DNA of 34,634 nucleotides from positions 861,533 to 896,166 of the forward strand of contig NJBG01000001.1 in NCBI GenBank assembly GCA_005222965.1. The letters are read 5' to 3'. Below are positions 1 through 8,858 of this stretch, piece by piece; within the stretch, counting starts at the first letter, position 1; each line of letters begins with the position of its first letter. Under the pieces are notes generated by a model. That model was not told the DNA's origin. It saw only the letters and a list, made by a program, of their open reading frames with translations, and did no database searches. Both the position numbers and the translations under genes were made by a program. The DNA comes from Candidatus Woesearchaeota archaeon B3_Woes (GTDB taxonomy: Archaea; Nanobdellota; Nanobdellia; Woesearchaeales; B3-WOES).

Positions 1-185
1 TAAATGGTGTAAAAGCAGATGTATTATCCTCATTAAGTGTAGGTGGAGAAGGAGATTTTGTTAGATACGCTCTAAACATACCTTTGAAAAGGAATATTGC
101 ATTTCGTTTAGAAGGACAACACAATAGAATAAATGGCAATCTAAAAAGCTCTTATGGTGGATTTGGAGTACAAGCTAAGTTTTAG
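1..185 (+). CDS. Partial CDS (3' end), hypothetical protein with a beta-barrel-like C-terminus
   Basis: Frame starting at base 3 is open from the window edge to TAG at 183-185, 2 nt before the next ATG. Hand translation: NGVKADVLSSLSVGGEGDFVRYALNIPLKRNIAFRLEGQHNRINGNLKSSYGGFGVQAKF. Not in the ORF track. Confidence 0.7.
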   Translation, partial: NGVKADVLSSLSVGGEGDFVRYALNIPLKRNIAFRLEGQHNRINGNLKSSYGGFGVQAKF

Positions 186-187
186 AG

Positions 188-1504
188 ATGAAAATCCAAT
201 TAATACACCCGCCTATAGATGAAGAATACAAAGGCCACGCAATCAAAGATTGGTTAATGGGCCCCCCAACAGGATTAGAATTAATAGCAAAAGCAACAGA
301 ATTGTTTGTTGAAGAAACAAACATAGAAGTGATTGATGGTAATAGACATTCCCTAGATACAATATTAAAAACAATAAGTGCAGACTTTGTTGGTATGAGC
401 TCTCAATATTCTAATTATCATAATGCTCTAAATATCTTAAGACAAGCAAAACTAAAAGGAGCAACTACTGTTATTGGTGGCCCTAACATAAATCATATTG
501 CAAAAAGAACACTTAGAAATAATCCTTTTATTGATTACGCTGTTGTAGGAGATGGAGAAGACTCTTTTAGTATGTTAGTTAAAGGAATTCCTTTTTCAGA
601 TATTCCTAATTTAGTATATAGAGAAAATAATAATATAAAAGAAAATCAAAAGATAAGCATTAGATTAGGTATGTTATTTGATTTAGAACATTTAGATTGG
701 AAAGTTTATGATAAAAATGATCAAGTTCCAATCTCCTCAATAAGAGGGTGTATTAAAGCACAGACAGATGGAAGATGTACTTTTTGTTCAATAGACAGTT
801 TATTAAGAGTCATGGCTCCTGAAAAAGTTTGGCAACAAATAGACATACTAAATAGAAAGTATGGTTTTAATTATTTCTTTGAAACAGGAGATTCTTTTGT
901 TGTAGGCAATTTCCCACAAAAACTACTTGAATCAAGACCAAATCATTTAAGTGAAATAAAATTCAGAATATATACTTCTCCAGATCAAATAACACCAGAA
1001 ATTGTAGAAGTGTTTAGAGAACTTAATGTTAAAAACCTACTTTTAGGAATAGAATCAGCTAATGATACTATTCTAGAGAAATCTGGAAAAGCTTATTCTA
1101 GACAAGATATTGATAATGCCTTAAATTTACTTTATGGAGCAGATATGGACCTTATTTTACCATTTATTTATGGATTACCAGGGGAATCTGAAAAAACACT
1201 AGAAAATAACTATCAATACGCAAAAGAAGTTGTAAAAAGACATCCTGGTATGTTTGTTTTAGCTAGCAAAGCAATACCTATGGTAGGATCAGAATTATTC
1301 ACAAATTTAATGAATAATACAACAATAAAATCTCAATATCAAGGGGATTTATTGAGAGACGATATCTTGGATTACCAACAACTAATCAAACTACAAACAA
1401 AGCATTTTACATCTGTGACTTATGAAAAAGTCTCAGAATACACTGAAAAAACAAGGAATCTTGTTGGAGAAACAAGAACACCATCATTTGGAGAATGGAA
1501 ATAA
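188..1504 (+). CDS. B12-binding-domain radical SAM protein
   Basis: N-terminal cobalamin-binding-like segment (LIHPP, PPTGL, VIGGPN, IDYAVVGDGE). Cys motif SIRGCIKAQTDGRCTFC. Later LGIESAND and FIYGLPGES motifs. Confidence 0.85.
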   Translation: MKIQLIHPPIDEEYKGHAIKDWLMGPPTGLELIAKATELFVEETNIEVIDGNRHSLDTILKTISADFVGMSSQYSNYHNALNILRQAKLKGATTVIGGPNINHIAKRTLRNNPFIDYAVVGDGEDSFSMLVKGIPFSDIPNLVYRENNNIKENQKISIRLGMLFDLEHLDWKVYDKNDQVPISSIRGCIKAQTDGRCTFCSIDSLLRVMAPEKVWQQIDILNRKYGFNYFFETGDSFVVGNFPQKLLESRPNHLSEIKFRIYTSPDQITPEIVEVFRELNVKNLLLGIESANDTILEKSGKAYSRQDIDNALNLLYGADMDLILPFIYGLPGESEKTLENNYQYAKEVVKRHPGMFVLASKAIPMVGSELFTNLMNNTTIKSQYQGDLLRDDILDYQQLIKLQTKHFTSVTYEKVSEYTEKTRNLVGETRTPSFGEWK

Positions 1505-1508
1505 TCCA

Positions 1509-2225
1509 TTAACCAACATAACTCAACTTCTTGGCATCAGCCATACCTTTTGCTTCTTCACCTTTCTTTAGAAGTCCTTTTAATTTCTCCTCGAATTTAG
1601 CTGCCTGTTCAAGTAAAGGATCTGGATTAACCTTTAATCCTAAATACTGGTCTAATACTTTTATAACCCTTGCAGCAGCTTTGCTATCTGGTAAATCAGT
1701 ATGTGTCTCTGCAAATATACAGCTTAGAGCAGGTTTCTCAACATTTAACAACAAAGCACCTGTAACACCCATTATAATTCCCTCTTTTAATGGATTTAAA
1801 CCGATTTTACTTAATTTCTTCTTAGCATTTACATTTTTAGAAAAATAAAATACTCTCTCAGCATCTGGTTTTGTTGCAGGACTTCCTACTCCTTCTAAAC
1901 TAATAATCTCTTTAGCTCCTAAATCTCTAGCTAATTTTTGGATTATATCTGATAACTTCCACTCTATTCCAGTAGAAGCAGTTACAGCATGAATAATAAC
2001 TAAATTATATTTTTTATTATAGAAAATTCCTAAAGGTTCAACAACATGGTCTTCATGAATAGCAACAACAGCTGGACTTTCATCCATTGTAATCTTCCCA
2101 ATCAACTCAACATCTAAATGATCTATAAGAAATTCAGTAGCAATTGTTCCAACCAAACCAAAACCAGGAAAACCTTCTATAATTATAGGATTCTTAGGCT
2201 TTTTTAAAAGCTTTATTTCCATCAA
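1509..2225 (-). CDS. PAC2-family archaeal proteasome assembly chaperone
   Basis: IIEGFPGFGLVGTIA, IISLEG, GIIMGVTGALL, PDSKAAA motifs and a C-terminal hydrophobic-Tyr-X-like tail (SYVG). GAGGTGA SD upstream. The start may be the second Met (2222). Confidence 0.88.
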   Translation of the reverse strand: MMEIKLLKKPKNPIIIEGFPGFGLVGTIATEFLIDHLDVELIGKITMDESPAVVAIHEDHVVEPLGIFYNKKYNLVIIHAVTASTGIEWKLSDIIQKLARDLGAKEIISLEGVGSPATKPDAERVFYFSKNVNAKKKLSKIGLNPLKEGIIMGVTGALLLNVEKPALSCIFAETHTDLPDSKAAARVIKVLDQYLGLKVNPDPLLEQAAKFEEKLKGLLKKGEEAKGMADAKKLSYVG

Positions 2226-2287
2226 ATCACCTCTTTAAAATTTAATGATTTTAATACTTTAAATATGTTTTGTTTTAAAAAATTGAA

Positions 2288-2417
2288 TCCCCGCTGCCGG
2301 AGTCGAACCAGCGATCCTTCGGTATTTGCTGTCTTATTGTCATCCTAACGCTTAATAGCAAAGTCAATAAGTGAATTTATCTACAGCCGAATGCTCTAGC
2401 CACTAAGCTAAGCGGGG
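2288..2417 (-). tRNA. tRNA-Tyr(GTA) with a 57-nt intron at about position 37/38 (intron 2324-2380)
   Basis: Minus strand folds as CCCCGCT/AGCGGGG acceptor stem with A73, D arm GCTT/GAGC, anticodon stem TTCGG/CCGAA with CT-GTA-G|intron|A, and T arm GCTGG-TTCGACT-CCGGC. Mature length 73 nt, no encoded CCA. C1:G72 and short variable loop are archaeal/eukaryotic type. Confidence 0.95.
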
Positions 2418-2442
2418 CTTAGTCATTAAGAAAAAATCTTCT

Positions 2443-2450
2443 TATTTAAA
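2443..2450 (-). promoter_or_regulatory. Putative TATA box of tRNA-Tyr
   Basis: TTTAAATA on the minus strand 25 nt upstream of the tRNA 5' end, overlapping the malic enzyme stop codon. Confidence 0.55.
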
Positions 2451-3600
2451 TATTATTGTTTTCCCAAGCCTCTTTAACAGCTTTAGATACTTTAGGAACA
2501 ATTTCCTTATTAGTAGCATAAGGCAATATTTCATCTGGTGTTGGATTTTCAATAACAGAAGCCAATGCTTTTGCAGCAGCTAACTTCATATCTTCAGTTA
2601 TCCTCTTAGCTCTTGCATCTAAAGCTCCTCTAAAAACTCCTGGAAATCCTAAAACATTATTAACCTGGTTTGGAAAATCACTTCTTCCAGTTGCAATAAC
2701 CTTTGCTCCTGCCTCTTTTGCATCATCAGGCATTATCTCTGGGTCAGGATTTGCCATTGCCATAACAATAGAATCTTTTGCCATTGAAGAAACCATCTCT
2801 TTACTAACCAAACCCTTAACAGAAACACCAATAAAAACATCAGATCCTTTAATTGCATCTGCTAAAGAACCTTTTATTTTTTCTTTATTTGTTAATAAAG
2901 CAATTTCTTCTTTATGTTTGTTTAAATCCCCTCTTTCTTCATATAAAATTCCTTTAGAATCACACAAAATAATATTAGTAGCACCATAATTCAATAACAT
3001 CTTAGCTACTGCAATTCCAGCAGCACCAGCACCACTAAAAACAATCTTAACTTCTTCAATTTTCTTATTAACAACTTTCAAAGCATTAATCAATCCAGCC
3101 AAAGAAACAATTGCTGTTCCATGCTGATCATCATGCATAACTGGAATTCCTAAATTCTGTAATTGAGCTTCAATTTCAAAACATTCAGGAGCTTTGAAAT
3201 CCTCTAGATTAATTCCCCCAAAAACAGGAGCAATATTTCTTATTGTCTCTATATTCTTCTGAACATCTTGTGATTCTAAACAAATAGGAAAAGCATCAAT
3301 ATTTCCAAACTCCTTGAATAAAATTGCTTTACCTTCCATAACAGGCAAAGCAGCCTCTGCACCTATATTTCCTAATCCCAAAACAGCACTTCCATCAGAA
3401 ATAACAGCAACAGAATTTCCTTTAAATGTATATTTGTAAACATCCTCTTTGTTTTTAGCAATATATCTACATGGCTCAGCAACACCAGGCGTATAAGCCA
3501 AAGACATATCTTTCTTATTCTTTAAAGGTAATTTAGATTTAATCTCTAATTTGCCTTTTAGTCTCTCATGTATTTCCAAAGATTCTTCTTGTATATTCAT
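2446..3600 (-). CDS. mae: NAD(P)-dependent malic enzyme (minimal, unfused)
   Basis: LAYTPGVAEPC, DGSAVLGLGNIG, LPVMEGKA, GGINLED, HDDQHGTAIV, GAGAAG, ANPDPEI, TGRSDFPNQVNNVLGFPG. Confidence 0.96.
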   Translation of the reverse strand: MNIQEESLEIHERLKGKLEIKSKLPLKNKKDMSLAYTPGVAEPCRYIAKNKEDVYKYTFKGNSVAVISDGSAVLGLGNIGAEAALPVMEGKAILFKEFGNIDAFPICLESQDVQKNIETIRNIAPVFGGINLEDFKAPECFEIEAQLQNLGIPVMHDDQHGTAIVSLAGLINALKVVNKKIEEVKIVFSGAGAAGIAVAKMLLNYGATNIILCDSKGILYEERGDLNKHKEEIALLTNKEKIKGSLADAIKGSDVFIGVSVKGLVSKEMVSSMAKDSIVMAMANPDPEIMPDDAKEAGAKVIATGRSDFPNQVNNVLGFPGVFRGALDARAKRITEDMKLAAAKALASVIENPTPDEILPYATNKEIVPKVSKAVKEAWENNNI

Positions 3601-4541
3601 TTTAGTGTTGTTATAGGTCTAGATTGAAGAATATAAATCTTATCATCTATAGCCCATTCAATATCCTGTGGATGTTTATAGTGTTGTTCAATCTTTAAAC
3701 CAATTTTAGTTAATTCTTTTAATTCTTTTTCAGATAAAACCCTTTCAGTAGGATTTTCAATAGATCTTTTTTCAACACCACCCTCTTTTTTCATAAATAT
3801 TCCCATTGATTTGTTGCTAATATTCTTTTCTTTTAGCTTTTCTGTGTTCTTATCAATTAAATAATAATCAGGAGTTACTTGCCCTGATACAACAGATTCT
3901 CCTAATCCAAATGATCCTTCAATTATGATTTCTTCTTTTGAATTTGTAACAACATTTGCAGTAAACAAAACCCCTGCCTTTTTACTGTCAACCATCTTTT
4001 GTACAACTACTGCAATCAAAACTTCATCATGCTTGAATTTATTAATATCTCTGTAATAAATTGCTCTTGAAGTAAATAATGATGCCCAGCATTTTTGTAC
4101 AGAATTAAGCAAATCTTCTTCTTTAACACTAAGATAAGTATCTTGCTGGCCTGCAAAAGAAGCTTCTGGTAAATCCTCTGCTGTTGCAGATGACCTAACA
4201 GCTACGAAACCTCTTAGATTTTTGTAATTTTCCATAATATCTTTTTTAATATCTTCAGGCATGTCTTCTACCATTATTATTGATCTTATTTCTTCAGAAG
4301 CCTTGTCCAGTTTTTCAGTATCTTCAATATCAACAATATCTAAAATATCCATAATTTTCTTTTTAATTGATTCTAAGAACTTCTCAAAAGCATAAGCACT
4401 AACCACAAATCCATCTGGAATTGGTGTAATACTAAATAATTCACCTAAAGAAGCTCCTTTTCCACCTACTAAAGGAATATCAGTTATAGAAACATCCTTA
4501 AACCATAAAATGTTTTTTTTATCAAAAGTCCCTTCTTCCAT
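3597..4541 (-). CDS. Stand-alone PEP synthase/dikinase N-terminal ATP-grasp domain protein
   Basis: VGGKGASLGEL, AVRSSATAEDLPEASFAGQQDTYL, CWASLF, GLGESVVSG, PQDIEWA. Ends exactly at the domain boundary (ILQSRPITTLK*) with an ATGA overlap into malic enzyme. No His domain and no pyruvate domain. Confidence 0.93.
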   Translation of the reverse strand: MEEGTFDKKNILWFKDVSITDIPLVGGKGASLGELFSITPIPDGFVVSAYAFEKFLESIKKKIMDILDIVDIEDTEKLDKASEEIRSIIMVEDMPEDIKKDIMENYKNLRGFVAVRSSATAEDLPEASFAGQQDTYLSVKEEDLLNSVQKCWASLFTSRAIYYRDINKFKHDEVLIAVVVQKMVDSKKAGVLFTANVVTNSKEEIIIEGSFGLGESVVSGQVTPDYYLIDKNTEKLKEKNISNKSMGIFMKKEGGVEKRSIENPTERVLSEKELKELTKIGLKIEQHYKHPQDIEWAIDDKIYILQSRPITTLK

Positions 4542-4560
4542 TCATTTGAGAAGATTTTAA

Positions 4561-5847
4561 TCATTTATTAATCTTTCTCACAATCCCTTTGTTTGCATCA
4601 ACTTCTACAAGATCATTATCTTTGAAAAACCCAGTTGCGTTATTTGCACCAACAATACAAGGAATCTTAAATTCTCTTGCGAAAATTGCTGTGTGACATA
4701 ACATACCTCCAATCTCAACAACCATTGCTTTTGTTTTACGCAGATAAGGTTCATACTGAACTAATGTTTCTGCTGCAACTAATATATTACCCTCTTTAAT
4801 TTTCTTGATATCTTCAAAACCCTTTACTACTTTAACTCTTCCTTTAACAATCCCAGGACAAGCAGGTCTCCCTTTTACAATATCTTTTTGCTCTTTTACT
4901 AATATAAACTCCCTTTTATATCTTTCAAACTCTTTTATAGTAAGATGCCTTATAACACCATCTTCTTTTATAACTCCTCTATGAGTAAATCTTGAATCTA
5001 AATTTTTTGGTATTTTTTTAGAAATCAAAGCATCATCCAATTCAAATGGTAAAAACACATCCCAATATTTTTCAGCTACTTTTATCCTTCTAAATATTTC
5101 AGAATAAAGGGGAAACATCCAATAAAAAGCATAATTATAAGCATCAATACGCTCAAATCTGAACCACATCAACTTTTGCATCTCTTTTACATACTCATTC
5201 TTACTGACTTTTATGATGATGGTTTTCTTAGCACTTTTCTTAATCTCTTTTAAATCATCTATAGTTAAGGGCTGGCCTCTTGTAAGATTCATATTATACC
5301 AAGCATACTCTTTTTCTAATTCTTTTATACTTTTTTTACTTTCTAATAAATCATCATTCATTCTTCCTGCAGAAACTCTTCGTATCGGTCTAATCTCATC
5401 AAATTTAATGTTTGGCACCTTTTTAATAATATCTTCTTCAACAATATCCCCAACAAAAAGTAGTGGAAAAAGAAAAGGAATACACACCCTTACTTTCTCT
5501 TCAAATTTCTCTTTTTCTTTTAATAATTCTTCATCACTAAGGTTTTTAAAATCATCATTTTTATGTTTATCAGCATACTGTTTTAAATCATTCATTCTTT
5601 TTAAACATTTTTTATTAAATTTTTTTAAGAATTTTTGAGGATTTTTTTTAATAAAATTCCCATATTTTTTATTATCTTTAACAGGGAAAAAAGACACATC
5701 ATTTACTGTAATCAAATCTCTTGATTCATAATCTAACCCCATGGCTTTTTTATGATATTCTTTATCTTCTCCTCTAAAATAAAGCCCATTAAAATATTCT
5801 CCATTAGGCCAACAGCCTTTTTTAATAAAATCTTTTGGATTAAACAT
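4561..5847 (-). CDS. Phospho-His swivel-domain protein, paralog 1
   Basis: C-terminal GGMLCHTAIFAREFKIPCIVG...LVEVDANKG, preceded by a divergent N-terminal region. Confidence 0.9.
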   Translation of the reverse strand: MFNPKDFIKKGCWPNGEYFNGLYFRGEDKEYHKKAMGLDYESRDLITVNDVSFFPVKDNKKYGNFIKKNPQKFLKKFNKKCLKRMNDLKQYADKHKNDDFKNLSDEELLKEKEKFEEKVRVCIPFLFPLLFVGDIVEEDIIKKVPNIKFDEIRPIRRVSAGRMNDDLLESKKSIKELEKEYAWYNMNLTRGQPLTIDDLKEIKKSAKKTIIIKVSKNEYVKEMQKLMWFRFERIDAYNYAFYWMFPLYSEIFRRIKVAEKYWDVFLPFELDDALISKKIPKNLDSRFTHRGVIKEDGVIRHLTIKEFERYKREFILVKEQKDIVKGRPACPGIVKGRVKVVKGFEDIKKIKEGNILVAAETLVQYEPYLRKTKAMVVEIGGMLCHTAIFAREFKIPCIVGANNATGFFKDNDLVEVDANKGIVRKINK

Positions 5848-7294
5848 TTTTTATAACCATAACAACTCCTTTATTTGCATCAACTTCAACATAATCTCCA
5901 TCTTTCAGAATTTTTGTAGCATTATCTGCACCAACAATACACGGAATCTTAAATTCCCTTGAAATTACTGCTGCATGTGAACAAATTCCACCTTCTACAG
6001 TAACAATTGCTCCTGCCTTCTCTATAATTGGCACCATTATTGGAGAGGTCATTGTTGTAACTAAAATTTCTCCTTTTTTAAATTTCTTAGTATCTTTAAT
6101 AAATTGCTTTAAATCTCTAACATTAACAATCTTGACTTTTCCTTTAACTTTTCCCATATTAGCAACTGTTCCTTTTATTTCTTTGTCTAGTTCTTCTTCA
6201 TCAAATTTAAGAAGTTTTTCTATGTATTTTTGCCCTTCTTCTCCTGAATAACGATACAACTTTCCATTAATGTTATGAAATATAAGACATTTCTTATGAT
6301 CTTCAATCTGTTTCTTAGTAAGTTTAGTTTTATTATCCAACAAATTATATATATCTTTGAAAGTATAAACTTTCATGAATTCTTTTAAATCCATATCAAC
6401 TCTTTTAGCCAAATCTTCTAATAAATGTAAACACATATATTCAGCTCCATTCCAAACATGCTTAAGCCTATATCTATCAAGAGCTACTCTTTGTAATCGC
6501 CTTGCTAATTGTTCAAGTTCATCACTCTTAAACAAATTATATATCTCTTGATGTTTTTTAGAAATTGAATCAAGATTCTCTTTTATTCTTCTTATTTCCA
6601 AATCTATTTCTTTATCACTTTTTTTATCTTCTATTTTATTTTTTAGAAATTCCATAATCTCTTTAAAATCATAAGTATTAACAAATAACGCAGGGTATTT
6701 TCTTGAGTATTCTATTAAATCTACTTCTGAATACTTTCTTTTCATTAATTCTAAGAAATCAATCCTCTCTTTCATTGTTTCATCCATCTCTTCTGGAGTC
6801 ATTAATGATATGAAAAAATCTTCCAAAATAGATTTGTCTTTGATCTTTTTTCTAAGAATCTCCTTTATCCTTTCTTCTATTGTATGGGTTGAAAATGAAG
6901 ATGAAACTGCAAAATATAAAAGACCCAATCTAACAAAGTTTTCATATTTCTTTACTATCTGTTTCAATTTAAGATTAGATAATTTAGATAGGTCCTTTTC
7001 CCTTATCCCCTCACAAAATATAAAAAAATTCTTTACATGACAATCTATCTGTTTGAATACCATTTGAGAAAATTCTTTATTTATGTATTTTTTACCTAAT
7101 CCTTCTAAACCTTTGATAGCATCTTCTGGCATATGATGTTCAAATACTCCATCATGTATTATAAACAAGGTTTCACTAACCTCAGAAGGAATCTCATTGC
7201 CATTTTCGCCTATAGTACTACATAATTGAGAAAGCATAGATTCAGTAAGCATGACAGATAATTTTCCTCCCCACATAAAAATATACTTTTTCAT
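5840..7294 (-). CDS. Phospho-His swivel-domain protein, paralog 2
   Basis: GGICSHAAVISREFKIPCIVG...VEVDANKG. 8-nt overlap with paralog 1. Confidence 0.9.
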   Translation of the reverse strand: MKKYIFMWGGKLSVMLTESMLSQLCSTIGENGNEIPSEVSETLFIIHDGVFEHHMPEDAIKGLEGLGKKYINKEFSQMVFKQIDCHVKNFFIFCEGIREKDLSKLSNLKLKQIVKKYENFVRLGLLYFAVSSSFSTHTIEERIKEILRKKIKDKSILEDFFISLMTPEEMDETMKERIDFLELMKRKYSEVDLIEYSRKYPALFVNTYDFKEIMEFLKNKIEDKKSDKEIDLEIRRIKENLDSISKKHQEIYNLFKSDELEQLARRLQRVALDRYRLKHVWNGAEYMCLHLLEDLAKRVDMDLKEFMKVYTFKDIYNLLDNKTKLTKKQIEDHKKCLIFHNINGKLYRYSGEEGQKYIEKLLKFDEEELDKEIKGTVANMGKVKGKVKIVNVRDLKQFIKDTKKFKKGEILVTTMTSPIMVPIIEKAGAIVTVEGGICSHAAVISREFKIPCIVGADNATKILKDGDYVEVDANKGVVMVIKNV

Positions 7295-7297
7295 TAA

Positions 7298-7326
7298 TAT
7301 AACTAGTTATAACATTCTTATATAAA
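7298..7326 (-). promoter_or_regulatory. Putative TATA box (7319-7326) and 14-bp palindrome (7298-7311) ahead of the paralog 2/paralog 1/ATP-grasp/malic enzyme run
   Basis: TTTATATA about 25 nt upstream of the ATG at 7294 (leaderless spacing). Perfect palindrome TATAACTAGTTATA lies between them. Confidence 0.55.
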
Positions 7327-7352
7327 TATTTTGAAAAAATAAAAAAATAGAA

Positions 7353-7970
7353 TTAAACTCCTAAAAGCTCATTAATTTTTTGAGGAACTTTCACTACTAT
7401 TTCTTCTATACTTCCTTGATATGCTTCTTTGCTTAATCCAAACGCATTAGAAATACCAAGAGGTTCAATAACCTTGGGTCTATACTCAGATTCACCATAG
7501 ATTCTATCAACTGCTTGATGATTAGAGTCAGCCATTGGGTATACTCCTAATGTATCAGGTCTTGCTATTGTTTGATCTTGTGTTTGTTTAATTTCTCCTT
7601 TTATACCTAACAAAGGTAAAATTTCAGAACGATATTGGTGTTCTTCTCTTACAAAAATACCTGAAGCTCTCTCATAAAAACCTTTTAAAGTATCTAACGC
7701 ACCTTTATCTACATCAGCTATAACATCACTAAGCAACTCATTTTCATCATAAGAATACATGCCTCTATCTTGTGCTATACCAATAACATGAAGCATAAAA
7801 TCAGTTGAAACCTCCCCTCTATTGATTGCATCTACATGAGAACCGCTTGATATGGCGTTATATTCATCTGCACCAATCTGTTTTAAATAATTACTAGCTA
7901 TAAGAGCTGCAACAGGTGATCTACCATGATTTGCAGTACATACAAACTCTATTTTATTTTGTTCTACCAT
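7353..7970 (-). CDS. Low-molecular-weight protein-tyrosine-phosphatase/ArsC-fold protein
   Basis: N-terminal P-loop FVCTANHGRSPVA (CX5RS), then SSG. GAGGT SD upstream. Confidence 0.8.
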   Translation of the reverse strand: MVEQNKIEFVCTANHGRSPVAALIASNYLKQIGADEYNAISSGSHVDAINRGEVSTDFMLHVIGIAQDRGMYSYDENELLSDVIADVDKGALDTLKGFYERASGIFVREEHQYRSEILPLLGIKGEIKQTQDQTIARPDTLGVYPMADSNHQAVDRIYGESEYRPKVIEPLGISNAFGLSKEAYQGSIEEIVVKVPQKINELLGV

Positions 7971-7980
7971 TTTTACCTCT

Positions 7981-8781
7981 TTATGCAGCTATTTTATAAG
8001 CAATATCTTTTTCAATTCTTCTTAAATCACTTAAATTATAACCTTTAACTTCTTCTTTAACATTAAGGTCCATTGATGGGTTTTCTGAATCTAAATTATA
8101 AATATTTCCTGTAAACATCTCGCCCATTCTTACAGCCTTATAATCATCATCAACTTCTACAATCTCTTTTATTGGATCAATCCCTAAACATTCTAAGGCT
8201 ATCATTGCTAAACCATCTATATTAGGCGCATGAGTAAAATGTGCTAATAAACTCTGTTCATGGCCTCTGTTTTGTTGAAGATATTCTATTCCATCAGCTA
8301 TTGATTTTATAAACTGACGTGTCCATTCACCCATAAATGGCAATCCTTCTTCTTGAGGTTTAAAAAAATGATCTCTATAAAGGTTTCTTACAAATTCATC
8401 TTGATTCACTTCATAATGCGGAATAATTTTTTGGTGATTCATATTTGCTCCATCATATCCCATCCCAATCTCTTTTCTTTGATCAATCTCTCTACCATTC
8501 AATAAATTAGCATCTTCTGTAAAATATAAAGCAGATTGTAATGCCCTTATATAATCAGAAGTCATAAATAAGGCACTATCAAATGGAGTATCTCCTAGAA
8601 CCTCTCTACCTTTTTCTCTTAATTCTTGTGCACCCTCTGGTGTTATGTATATAAAAGCTTTATCTTCAGGACTAGCTGGAGATGGTCTTGGAATGCCTCC
8701 CTCTCCTATATTTAAACCATGTTGTCCACTAAACTTTTTTCCATGCCTTGACACTATAATTTTTCCATCTTGTGAATCCAT
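7981..8781 (-). CDS. Histidine phosphatase superfamily protein
   Basis: SRHG motif near the N-terminus, TSDYIRALQSA, and a second His in FTHAPNI. Confidence 0.8.
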   Translation of the reverse strand: MDSQDGKIIVSRHGKKFSGQHGLNIGEGGIPRPSPASPEDKAFIYITPEGAQELREKGREVLGDTPFDSALFMTSDYIRALQSALYFTEDANLLNGREIDQRKEIGMGYDGANMNHQKIIPHYEVNQDEFVRNLYRDHFFKPQEEGLPFMGEWTRQFIKSIADGIEYLQQNRGHEQSLLAHFTHAPNIDGLAMIALECLGIDPIKEIVEVDDDYKAVRMGEMFTGNIYNLDSENPSMDLNVKEEVKGYNLSDLRRIEKDIAYKIAA

Positions 8782-8820
8782 TTTTTACTCCTTTATATAT
8801 TTACTACTTAATAGTGATAG

Positions 8821-8836
8821 TATTTAAACCTTTCGG
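8821..8836 (-). promoter_or_regulatory. BRE+TATA promoter of the two-phosphatase operon
   Basis: Minus strand CCGAAAGG-TTTAAATA. AGGAG SD just upstream of the ATG at 8781. Confidence 0.7.
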
Positions 8837-8858
8837 TTTTTACAACAATCCTAAAGAA

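Noticed and set aside
2288..2445. tRNA-Tyr as the integration site of a genomic island
   Set aside because: The array lies on the tRNA's 5' side, no duplicated tRNA fragment or integrase is visible, and malic enzyme abuts the tRNA promoter.
3597..5847. A frameshifted or pseudogenised ppsA/ppdK
   Set aside because: The ATP-grasp gene has a clean start, ends at the domain boundary with an ATGA overlap, and lies downstream of the His-domain gene, the reverse of ppsA domain order. No pyruvate-binding barrel is present.
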